In this document: in pieces, positions 11,336 through 22,248 of the stretch
Layout of the letters: each line of letters starts with the position of its first letter
Position numbering within the stretch: the first letter of the stretch is position 1
Source: Selaginella moellendorffii
Lineage: Eukaryota > Plantae > Lycopodiophyta
Reading direction: 5' to 3'
NCBI RefSeq assembly: GCF_000143415.4
Contig: NW_003314298.1
Coordinates: 1,340,248-1,404,247, forward strand
Length of the DNA: 64,000 nucleotides
Position numbers and translations under genes: made by a program
The notes under the pieces: generated by a model
Database searches by the model: none
The model's input: only the letters and a program-made list of their open reading frames with translations
Told to the model about the DNA's origin: nothing

Positions 11336-11890
11336 ATAATGGTCATACATTTATGGCTGAGACATCCAAAGGAATGATCGCAAAGTACGTGAACACTTAG
11401 TATTCAAATTGGGATGGTTATTTGCCATCTTTTCGGTATGCATATGTTATAGGGGTGCAGAGTTATGTTGGTGTTTCACCATATAAACTCTTATATAGTC
11501 ATGATCCAATATTACTAACAGAGCTGGGTTTACTTTCACGATTGTTATGAGCTGTCGATGCTAGGTTGTGGGATCAATATTTAACAAGCATTTTTCCACT
11601 TGTCCAAGTAGAATTTGTCAAACATTTAAGTTGCATACAAATGAGACAACAACAGTGCTACAACTCCCATCATTGTCCACTTATGGAGGACAAAGTGGAT
11701 GACTTAGTGTTAGTTTGTTTTCCTTATCTTTAGTACGTGGTTTATTTAAAGGGTTCCTTGCTTAGTGGAAAGAATCGTAATGGGTGTTGTGGCAAGTTAA
11801 ACCACAAATTTATGAGGTTCAATATAACATCCAACAAGCCGATCCTCTAGAAATTGTGCATGTGCAACCATTGAAACGTTTTGTACAAAC
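11336..11890 (+). mobile_element. Degenerate Gypsy element, 3' continuation (integrase C-terminus)
   Basis: ATAATGGTC...ATGATCGCAAAGTACGTGAAC...TGGGATGGTTATTTGCC matches 58670-59320 of the full-length element. Confidence 0.8.
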
Positions 11891-11894
11891 GGAT

Positions 11895-13060
11895 CATCCA
11901 TTTGGGATTGAATCTAGTCCATCCATTCTTGTATAGAAGTAAAGGTTTAAACCCTAATGAATATACTTATTCATTGGAAGAGTTGAAAGACATTGCAATT
12001 TGTCATTAAAAGATATAGCTTTTTGGCAATGCTTTACTCTAGTATTTTTATTTTTATTTCTTCATTTTATTTTAGATCTAAATCTGTATTAATTTTTTGC
12101 AAGATCTAGAATTTTAACTATTGTTGTGTTTAGATTTACTCTTTCTTTTAATCTTTATTGCATTATCTTCTTCTACTATGCCACACTATCATCAATTAAA
12201 GAGTGTGTCATTTGAAGCTATTAATGTTGTTTTGTTAGATTGAACTTTTGGTGTTATAGAGTATCATTATATTAGTGCTACACCTATATAGTCTCCAACT
12301 TCCATAGGATAAGATTACACAACTTATTTTGTTTTCGTTATTCTACCATTTTTCATTGATATGGAGCAAGCTATAGATGATGCAGTTTGGTTGTTGGAAA
12401 ATATTTGAGGATCAAGTTTACAGAAAGATGATACTTACAAGCTTAAATAAATTTCAGATTGTGATGAAGAATTTGATTATTATAGAGATAGCTTTAGAGA
12501 TGAGTTAAAGATTTTATGGCGTAAGCGTTAATCCTTCAATTTGCCATCTAATATTTTCTCTTTACCTTTTATTTTGTCCCAACCTTTTCTTATTTCTTAG
12601 CTTGAGCCACCTTCTCATATTCCTAGTGTTTCTTCCCTATTTGCAATATTTTGTTTTCCTAACACGTCGATTATTTATGACTTTTATGATTTTCATTCTC
12701 AATTAGTGTTGAATTGAGTGTTTTTTGTCCTCCTAATATTGATCTAGATATTGAGTATTCCCATGTTTCAATGGTTGAGTCACTTTTGGCTAGAATTTCA
12801 AATTACATCCCCACTTTTTAATGTTGTTGACAGAATTATCGATGAGTAGGTATAGTTCTTTTGCTTTGGTTTAAAATTATGGCTTTGAGGTTTATTTAAG
12901 CATTTGGTAGTTGTATATAAAGTTGCAATTAGTTCGTTAGGATTTTGCAATCAATTGATGCTTATGCTATATTTTTAGGTCTTATTTCAGTCGTAATTCA
13001 GAATGAGCAAAAGTTCACTTGATCCATATGCAATAAAGATTAAATGGATGCCACTATATG
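11895..13060 (+). mobile_element. Highly degenerate LTR-retrotransposon remnant
   Basis: LTR-end-like ...CTTGTATAGAAG...ATTCA then TTGG, followed by a T-rich leader with TTTAGATCT motifs like the Gypsy leader. No open frames. Confidence 0.35.
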
Positions 13061-13388
13061 GATTTATGATGATTTAGGTCTAGTCATGAATAATTGATTG
13101 ACCTTTATTTGTCTTAGCCACTTTTAACAAGAATTCAAAGAAATCTTTGCTAATTTATATGATTATTAATAAAATATTACTGGCAGATAATCATCTAGTT
13201 AAAGTCAAATAATTTATCAAAATAATGGCTCATAAAATTTTGTAATTATTTAAACATAAAAATCTCATAAATTAAGAGTCATTGCATATAATAGCCCTTC
13301 AAATTATATTAAATTTAGATCATCTAAATTGTAACACAAAACCACTAAAAATAATATACACAAAAATAATATCATTATCCTGAACTGC

Positions 13389-13915
13389 TGTCTAGGTATA
13401 TTATAATCCGGCCGAATAGAATATTTGCAGTCCGTGGAGTATATAAATCCAAGACGGCGCTAGGGCATTTCTTTGGGGGCCTCTGGCGGTTGAGCTCGGG
13501 AGGATTGCTTGCCTGTGTGCCCGCTTCTTCCTTCTAACTATTTCTCTCGCTTGTGGCGTAGATGGAGCTGGATCTGGATGGCGCCCATGGTGAGTGATCG
13601 CATCTCTCCTTTGCTTGCTTGATTGTTTTGCTGTGGAGCTTGGTTTTGGTTGCTTGGGTGCTTTCTTTCTCCTCTTTGCCGCAAGAAGGCGAAGAGCTCG
13701 ACTAGATTTCCCACGCCTCCAGCAGCCCACCGGACAAAGTCCGGCCCGACCTGGGGACATCCTGGCTCGGGCGTTTTCCTTTGGAGGCGGCGCCTCCAAA
13801 TGGGACTCGTGGGTAATTTGCAAGAGGGGGCTGCCGCGCTGGTGGAGGTACTCGGCGAGCGCCTCTACTAGGCTACTGTGGCGGCCTCCACAAATTCCTT
13901 AATTCTAAAGAAGCA
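13389..13915 (+). repeat. Module A: unidentified GC-rich repeat. Other copies at <1-240, 17708, 18897 (partial), 24746, 38380, 42670
   Basis: Same sequence (TATATAAAT ... ATGGAGCTGGATCTGGATGGCGCCCATG|GTGAGT ... GGAGGCGGCGCCTCC) starts every sub-unit. It has an exon/intron-like layout but no recognisable protein. Confidence 0.8.
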
Positions 13916-14300
13916 CACACCACCTTTCGCGAGGTGGTCACTTTTCTTAATTTCTACGAGTCTGAATTTGAAGAAAACGCTCTGCTCGTGAGTGAAACTT
14001 GACTTTTCGTTTTCTTCAAAGAGAGCAAAAATATACGAAGAAAGGTAGTAAATTCCAAGCAACTCCATAACTCCAAGATGGAATTACAATGTAAAGGAGA
14101 ATGAAATCCATGCAAGGCTGTAGGCTTTCAAACCTGGTGCTGCGAAGCTTCAGACACAAGCGGCGGCCTCGGCGCCAACAAGTCTTCCCATCGCAGGTGA
14201 GCTCTCGATCTCTATTTCTCTCGCTCGATCGAGAATGCATGCCCTTGCATGCGCGATTTCTTCTCACGCCATGTCTTGCAGCTCGCCTTGTCTGGTTCCA

Positions 14301-15399
14301 ATGGCTGTCATCGCCAACGTTTGCGGGACTCCCATGAGGAGCGCTCTCATTCCCAGCCATGAGATCCATCTCGCCAAGCCAATCAAGGTCTCTATTTCGG
14401 TGAGGAGCGGCAAGGTACCAGCGATTGCGATGACTGCCGCAGCTGAGTATCGATCGCTTTGTTTTCTTTTCTTCTTTCATGAAAGCTTGGATTCTTTTTT
14501 CTTTCTTTGCATGCACAGGGAGCGTCGCGAAGCAAGACAGCAGCAAGACTTCGCAGATCATGCACTGGCTCTACCGAGAAGATCGAGATGTTTAAGTCGC
14601 TCGAGAGCTGGGCGGAGGAATCCATCCTTCCATTCCTCCGGCCGGTGGAGAAATGCTGGCAGCCCCAGGACTATCTCCCGGAGCCATCCTCGGAGAGCTT
14701 CTATGACGAGGTCCTTGAGCTGAGGGAGCGAGCCGAGAGCTTGCGCTTCTGCCTCGTCGGGGACATGACCACCGAGGAAGCGCTGCCAACTTACTTGACG
14801 ATGCTCAACACTCTCGATGGCACCCGCGACGAGACCGGTGCGAGCCCGAGTCTGTGGGCAGTGTGGAGGCGTGCCTGGACTGCCGAGGAGAATCGCCATG
14901 GTGATGTGCTCAACAAGTATCTCTACCGCACTGGACGAGTCGACATGAAGCAAATCGAGAAGACGATCCAGTACTTGATCGGTTCTGGAATGGTAAAGAG
15001 CCAGAGTTTCTTCTTTCTCGGGAACTCAAAAGTTCGGGTTTTCCATCTTTGCAGGATCCCCAGACCGAGAACAATCCATATCTCGGGTTCATCTACACGT
15101 CCTTCCAGGAGCGAGCCACTGCCATCTCTCACGGCAACACTGCTCGCCACGCCAGGAGCACGGAGACCACCCTCGCGACTGTTTGCGGCCTCATCGCAGC
15201 CGACGAGAAGCGGCACGAGAATGCTTACACCAGGATCGTGTTTGAGCACTTCTCTTTAGTGGCACAGAGGACGGGAGTGTAAACTGCCAACGATTACGCA
15301 GGAACTCTGGAGCACTTGGTCAAGAGATGGAACGTCAAGTCCATCACTGGACTGTCTGCTCGCGCGCAAAAGGCCCAGGATTTCGTGTGTGGTCTCTAG
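14301..15399 (+). pseudogene. SAD: Acyl-ACP desaturase pseudogene, copy 2 (retains transit-peptide exon)
   Basis: Starts MAVIANVCGTPMRSALIPS... Intron 14447-14518. [36 protein letters not shown] and WTAEENRHG present. Two 2-nt deletions in exon 2, large deletions in exon 3, premature TAA. Confidence 0.9.
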
Positions 15400-18300
15400 G
15401 CGTAAAAGGTAAAGGTGTACATTACGAGTTAATGTTCCAATAATTTGCTTTGTTTTATTTTGTTTAGACACCAAACAGTCCATCTAAAATAAAAGAGTTT
15501 ATAATAAGCATGTGCATTGTTTTATACATTTTTTTTCTTTTGATTGTTTAGGAATTAATCAGTGGATATACATAGAATATATTTGAATATTTGAATATAT
15601 TTTATTATTCATCACCATATACTAATATTGGGATTTTGATATCTATTCAAATTGGTGAGTATCAAAATCCCAATATTAGTATATGGCATAACTAGACCTC
15701 AAGTAATGACCACTTGCTCTTGTATATAAATTACAATTTTTGGATTAACATTTATGTATTCCAATTTTGTATTTCATGCACCCACCACAGTTAATACTCA
15801 TTTAAAATTTCTAAATAAAATACATTCTAACATCTAATGATTTGTGATATTTATATAATTTATAAAATTTGTGAGTAAGTTAGTCACTTTTCTTATTATG
15901 GTTTCTCCAGCATTAGTCTTTCAGATGGAGAGGTGATGTCCCAATGTAATCTCTTGTACTGATATCATTGTTCATATGAACAAAGTGAGAAATAATCTAT
16001 AGTTGATAGGAAACAAGAGGTTAAGAAAATGGAAGAATACCACAGATAAATGAATTAAGTATACCTTGAAACTCTGACTTTTAGATTCAATAGCAACGTT
16101 TGGTGGTAGCACCATCATTTAGTCAGGTCAATCATCAAGGAAACACATTGGTGTGATGAAAATTGTGTCATATTTTTTCTTTTGGCCATAATTTTTGAGT
16201 TTAGATCCATGATAATATAGATCACTAACATGATAATCCGACTGGCTCCAGAATCCAAACCAAGGTTATAAATTGTCCTTGTTTTTTTTAGCAAGATTTA
16301 ATATAATTGAGATGGCAAAGGAAAAGAGTTTATTGATAACTAATTAATGTCAAGGATAATGCCCTATGAGTGCTTTGTGAAGGATTTCACAACAAACATG
16401 TATTGTCTCTACTTGTTAGCAACTGTTTATAATTGTAATATATTTTAACTTGACTATGAACTCTTATTAAATTAAAGGGAATTAACATTTTCATTTCCAC
16501 ATTGAATCTATCAATGTTTCTATTGTATATATTAATTATTTCATATGAGGCAACTAATTATTCATCTATATGGCAGTCTTATAGTAGATTCTTTTATCAA
16601 TGGATGCTTTACAAGACAAAAAACATATTTATAAATACTTAATACTTGTGTCATTTGCCCTAATGCCATGATCTCTCTCCCTTTTACCCAATTGAAAAAT
16701 GGGAAATTATTTTATAAGAAAACCTTTAATGGACACTTTATCTCTATTTTCCCTCTAAAATTTTAACAATCCATAGTGACAGTATATGTAAATATCATAC
16801 CATAATTATATAATTATTGTTCCAACTTTGTGAGTTTGTGAGAATATTTTGATATTTTGAATATCCTTTATGTAGATCTAAGACTTTTTTGAGCTATTAA
16901 CATATCATACCATATAGCACCTATATATCATTCCACTCACAAAACTTCTTCATCTCTCTTATTTTTCAAAATCACTATTGTTTATTGTCATGCCCACTAC
17001 AAACTCAATATAAGTTATATTTTGAAATGTTGCTCGACTTAGATCCTTTGTCTTGATCGTCTAATGCAAATATAGAAAAAATAAAAAATAAATTGTATAT
17101 ACAAGGAATTATAAGAAAAAACAGTTGATATGGATTTCATTATAGGTAATTTCCATGTATAATAGTTCTATACATGTTTATAATGTCAAAATTAGTATCT
17201 TATATTTAATAAACCTTATTTGGAGGGGCTAATGTTTTAAAGATAGCTTTTTTATCTATTGTGATAATATGCTGAAAACATGAAAGTTCTACTTCACTTT
17301 ATTTTTCTTTGAAAATGAAAAACTAGAATTGAAAAAAAGAGCCAATATTGAAAAAAAATAAATCCCACATGAAATTTATACTTTATTTATTTTAATCTAG
17401 AAAAATAGCTAAATAACACTTGTTTAAAGAAGTTTTTTTCAGTGTTGAAATTAAAGTGACTTTTAGCAAGAATTCAAAGAACTCTTTGCTGATTTATATG
17501 ATTTTTAATAAAATGTTACTGGGTGATAATCATCAAGCTAAAGTCAAATAATTTATCAAAATAATGGATCATAATTTTTTTTAATTATTTAAACATTAAA
17601 ATCAGAGTCATTGCATATAATAGCTCTCCAAATTATATTAAATTTAGATCATCTAAATTGTAACATAAAACCACTAAAAAAACTAAAATAAACAAAGTTT
17701 TAACTTCTGTCTAGGTATAATCCGGCCGAATAGAATATTCGCAGTCCGTGGAGTATATAAATGCAAGACCTGCGGCGTTAGGGCTTTTCTTTGGGGGCCT
17801 CTGGCGGTTGAGCTCGGGAGGATTGCTTGCCTGTGTGCCCGCTTCTTCCTTCTAACGATTTCTCTCGCTTGTGGCGTAGATGGAGCTGGATCTGGATGGC
17901 GCCCATGGTGAGTGATCGCATCTCTCCTTTGCTTGCTTGATTGTTTTGCTGTGGAGCTTGGTTTTGCTTGCTTGGGTGCTTTCTTTCTCCTCTTTGCCGC
18001 AAGAAGGCGAAGAGCTCGACTAGATTTCCCACGCCTCCAGCAGCCCACCGGACAAAGTCCGGCCCGACCTGGGGACATCCTGGCTCGGGCGTTTTCCTTT
18101 GGAGGCGGCGCCTCCAAATGGGACTCGTGGGTAATTTGCAAGAGGGGGCTGCCGCGCTGGTGGAGGTACTCGGCGAGCGCCTCTACCAGGCTACCGTGGC
18201 GGCCTCCACAAATGTCCAAAAATCTAAAGAAGCATGCTCTTTTGTTGTTCTTACAAGGTCTCTCTTCTCCAAGTCCAAGAAAACGGATCTCTACTCCACG

Positions 18301-18796
18301 ATGAATTCAAGCCAAATGCCTTGAAGGCTTGTGCCGCTCTGGCAGCTTTCTCTCGAGGATGGATTGCTTGGATCGGGCCAACGGCAGTGTATTGGACCAA
18401 ACCTCTTCGTCTCGTAGAAATGTCCCAAGTGTGAGAACTCCGAGGTTGTGTTTGATACTGGTCCATAGTGACGTGGAATTCTTTGATAGTGGTGATGGGG
18501 AGCGGCTCTCGAGGCTTTGTGAGAACTTTCACCGCCGCTTGCACGCACCGGTGATTTGAGAAGATGAAACTGAAATCGAGGGGGTCTCAGCATGAAAACT
18601 TAATAATTTATTAAATAATTAGGTTTAATAATACTAATTGAAAACGTCGTATGTTAAAGAATAATGTTTTTCTCAAACCCTAGCTATGCGCTAGACGACA
18701 CGCTGGAATGCAGAAAGAACTCAACTATGCCTAGTAGCGTTCCTCAGCAAGATGGCGCAGGTATACAAGCTCATAATCTTCAGTGTGTCAGACTCG

Positions 18797-18897
18797 TAGG
18801 ACTATCTCCCGGAGCCATCCTCGGAGAGCTTCTACGATGAGGTCCGTGAGCTGAGGGAGCGAGCCGAGAGCTTGCCCAACGACTACTTCTTCTGCCT
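18797..18897 (+). pseudogene. SAD: Acyl-ACP desaturase fragment, copy 3 (NIF-fused, truncated by module A)
   Basis: [33 protein letters not shown], then a jump into module A at CCTTTGGAGGCGG. Confidence 0.8.
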
Positions 18898-19404
18898 TTG
18901 GAGGCGGCGCCTCGGGTAATTTGCAAGAGGGGGCTGCCGCGCTGGTGGAGGTACTCGGCGAGTGCCTCTACTGGGCTACCGTGGCGGCCTCCACAAATTC
19001 CTTAATTCTAAAGAAGCATGCTCTTTTCTTGTTCTTACAAGGTCTCTCTTCTCTAAGTCCTGGATTGCTGGATCGGGGGCTTCCTAAGCCTGGTTGTCAC
19101 CGAGGCGTTTCCCCGGTCTACAAACCTCCGCATGTAATCGATTGTAGCGGTGTCAAACCTCTTCGTCTTGTAGAACTCCAAGGTTGTGTTTGATACTGGT
19201 CCATAAATTCTTTGATAGTGGTGGTCGGGAGCGGCTCTCGAGATCTTCTCCTGCACAGAGGCTTTGTGAGAACTTTCACACGCACTGGCGATTTGAGAAA
19301 ATGGAAGTGAGAACGAGGGGACTTTATTAATAAAATCCTTTAAACATGTCATAAACGGTTTGAAAAACACTTGATGCTAATCCTGATTAGGGCTGCGGGA
19401 AGAA

Positions 19405-19860
19405 ATGGACAGAGTGCTGGATCTAGACGACATGCTGATTTGCAGAAAGAACTCGACTATCGTCAAGAGGCCCGGTCTAGAAGAGTTCCTCAGCAAGATG
19501 GCGTAGGTATACAAGCTCATAATCTTCAGCACGTCAGACTCAAAGCATGTTAACGAGTGTGTGGCTCTGATCAGCAAGGTATACAGCATTAAGGATTGCA
19601 CTAGATGCCGACAGGGATTTGTCAAGGATGTGTCACGCTAGTCTGGGTGGATGATGTTCGCCTCAATTTCAGGCCGTGCCTGCACAATGGCATTGGTGAT
19701 AGGGAGCTTGAGAAATTGACACCTCTTTTTCTCAAGCTGTCCAAGGTGGAGGATGTGACGCAGTTCCTGTGGAATGGCCAGCCAAAGGTGTCGGAAGCAC
19801 AAGAGCAGTCTGCTAAGAATCTTGGCAAGGCCAAGGCCAAGAACAAAGGTTCGAATTTGT
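19405..19860 (+). pseudogene. NIF/FCP1-like HAD phosphatase pseudogene
   Basis: VLDLDDML..KRPGLEEFLSKMA*VYKLIIFS..FVKDV..LVWVDD..HNGI..LTPLFLKLSKVEDV, with a stop and deletions. Confidence 0.75.
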
Positions 19861-19885
19861 TCACAACTTGTGTGCCCTAAAAAAG

Positions 19886-20417
19886 ATGGCGGAAGGAGGC
19901 AAACCCGTTTTGGTGCTAGACCTAAACGAGACGCTGGTAGAGCACAATTGTGAACAGACCTGGGCTGGAGGCGTTCTTGAGCAGGATGGCAATGGCCTAC
20001 TCCGTTGCCATCTTCAGTGTCTCGGATTCCAGGCACCTGGATCAATCGGTGGCAGGGTTTGGGGCGAGTGCAAAGCTTATAACCGACGTTTATGGCATTG
20101 AGGATTGCACCAGGACGAGGACCGGTTTCATCAAGGATGTGCGCAAGGTAAAGGTCAGGCATGAGTTGAAGCGGCTAGTGTGGGTGGACAATGAAAGGTT
20201 CCACTTCAGGCTGTGCCCACACAATGGCATCGAGATCAAACCATTCAGAGGAGAAGCAGATGATGAAGAGCTTGAGAGATTGACACCACTTTTGCTCAAG
20301 CTTTCTCAAGTGGACGATGTCACGCAGTTCCTGTGGAATGGCCAGCCAAAGGAAGAAGCACAAGAGCAATTTACTGGGAAGAATCCTGGCAAGCCCAACG
20401 CCAAAAAGAAAAGATAG
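19886..20417 (+). pseudogene. Intronless NIF/FCP1-like (CTD small phosphatase/Tim50-type domain) gene with one frameshift near 19950
   Basis: MAEGGKPVLVLDLNETLV in one frame, then RPGLEAFL..AIFS..FIKDV..LVWVDN..CPHNGIEIKPF..DDEELERLTPLL in the +1 frame. Confidence 0.75.
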
Positions 20418-20459
20418 GACAAAGCTTTGCACTTTGATATAGTTTAAGCAAGTTTAACA

Positions 20460-22248
20460 ATGGCTGCCATCGCCAAGCGATTGCGATGACTGCCGCAGCT
20501 GAGTATCGATCGCTTTGTTTTCTTTTCTTCTTTCATGAAAGGTTGAATTTTTTTTTCTCTCTTTGCATGCACAGGGAGAGCGTCGCGAAGAAAGACAGCA
20601 GCAAGACTTCGCAGATCATGCACTGGCTCTCTCCCGAGAAGATCGAGATGTATAAGTCGCTCGAGAGCTGGGCGGAGGAATCCATCCTTCCATTCCTCCG
20701 GCCGGTGGAGAAATGCTGGCAGCCCCAGGACTATCTCCCGGAGCCATCCTCGGAGAGCTTCTATGACGAGGTTCGTGAGCTGAGGGAGCGAGCCGAGAGC
20801 TTGCGCTTCTGCCTCGTCGGGGACATGACCACCGAGGAAGCGCTGCCAACTTACTTGACGATGCTCAACACTCTCGATGGCACCCGCGACGAGACCGGTG
20901 CGAGCCCGAGTCCATGGGCGGTGTGGGGGCGTGCCTGGACTGTCGAGGAGAATCGCCATGGTGATTTGCTCAACAAGTATCTCTACCGCACTGGACGAGT
21001 CGACATGAAGCAAATCGAGAAGACGATCCAGTACTTGATCGGTTCTGGAATGGTAAAGAGCCAGAGTTTCTTCTTTCTCGGGAACTCAAAAGTTCGGGTT
21101 TTCCATCCTTGCAGGGCCGAGAACAATCCATACCTCGGGTTCATCTACACGTCCTTCCAGGAGCAAGCGACCGCCATCTCTCACGGCAACACTGCTCGCC
21201 ACGCCAAGGAGCACGGAGACCACAACCTCGCGACTGTTTGCGGCCTCATCGCAGCCGACGAGAAGCGGCACGAGAATGCTTACACCAGGATCGTGGGGAA
21301 GCTGTTTGAGATCGATCCGGAGGGCACAATGCTGGGGCTGGAGGACATGATGAGGAAGAAGATCTCCATGCCGGCTCATCTCATGGGGAGAAATGCATAA
21401 TACAGCACCCTCCTCTCTTTGGTTGCCCCTTTGCCATGCTCACTCCTCACTTCCTCCCCTCTCTTCACTCCTCACTTCCCCCGTGGCGCGTTTAGTCACG
21501 CCCACCTTAAATGTTTAACGACTAACTCTAAATTAGTAACGTTAAACTTTAATTAGTAGATGTTGTTAACGGATATGTTAATGACTATAATTTTATAATT
21601 AGATAGCTAATGAACGGCTGTAATTTATAAGTATATAACCTATGATTGGTTTAGGTTTTTCCTCCTTATGATTTTCTTCCACAAGAGAGAAAATATGAAA
21701 GATGCCATCGACTAATGAGATGTCAATCTGATAATCAAGGTTGTAAAGATGGTTTAAAGTTCTCACATTTGCTCAAATGCTTATGAGCTCATTATACATC
21801 ATTATCAAATGTACTCATTATATAGTCAACCACTCCCAGAATTTTGTTGATCACATGACTGATCCATGTAAGCAATGAGGTGGCATACAAATCCAAATAA
21901 GCAAATAGAGCCCACCCTAAATAAAGGGGGGTTGCTGTATTGTGCATACTACCCATCTCATGTACAATGGTTATGACAAGAACCTGTTTGAGCACTTCTC
22001 TTTGGTGGCACAGAGGACAGGGGTGTACACTGCCAAGGATTACGCAGGAATTCTAGAGCACTTGGTCAAGAGATGGAACGTCAAGTCCATCACTGGATTG
22101 TCTACTCGTGCGCAAAAAGGCCCAGGATTTCGTGTGTGGTCTCCCTCCTTGGATCTTGAGACTGGAGGAGCGAGCTCAGAGCAGGGTGAAGAAGGGCCCC
22201 AAGACTAGAACGTTTAGCTGGATTTTCAATACGGAAGTCGTTCTCTAG
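20460..22248 (+). pseudogene. SAD: Acyl-ACP desaturase pseudogene, copy 4 (most complete catalytic region; interrupted by a MITE)
   Basis: All diiron motifs visible. Transit exon internally deleted, 8-nt deletion after intron 2, insertion at 21386-21954, 3' frameshift and stop. Confidence 0.9.
21386..21954. mobile_element. ~570-bp non-autonomous TIR element (MITE, probably Mutator-like)
   Basis: TIRs GGGAGAAATGCATAATACAGCA / rc GGGTAGTATGCACAATACAGCA. Flanking (C)ATCTCATG duplicated at 21377-21385 and 21954-21962 (8-9 bp TSD). Other SAD copies have the empty site. Confidence 0.85.
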
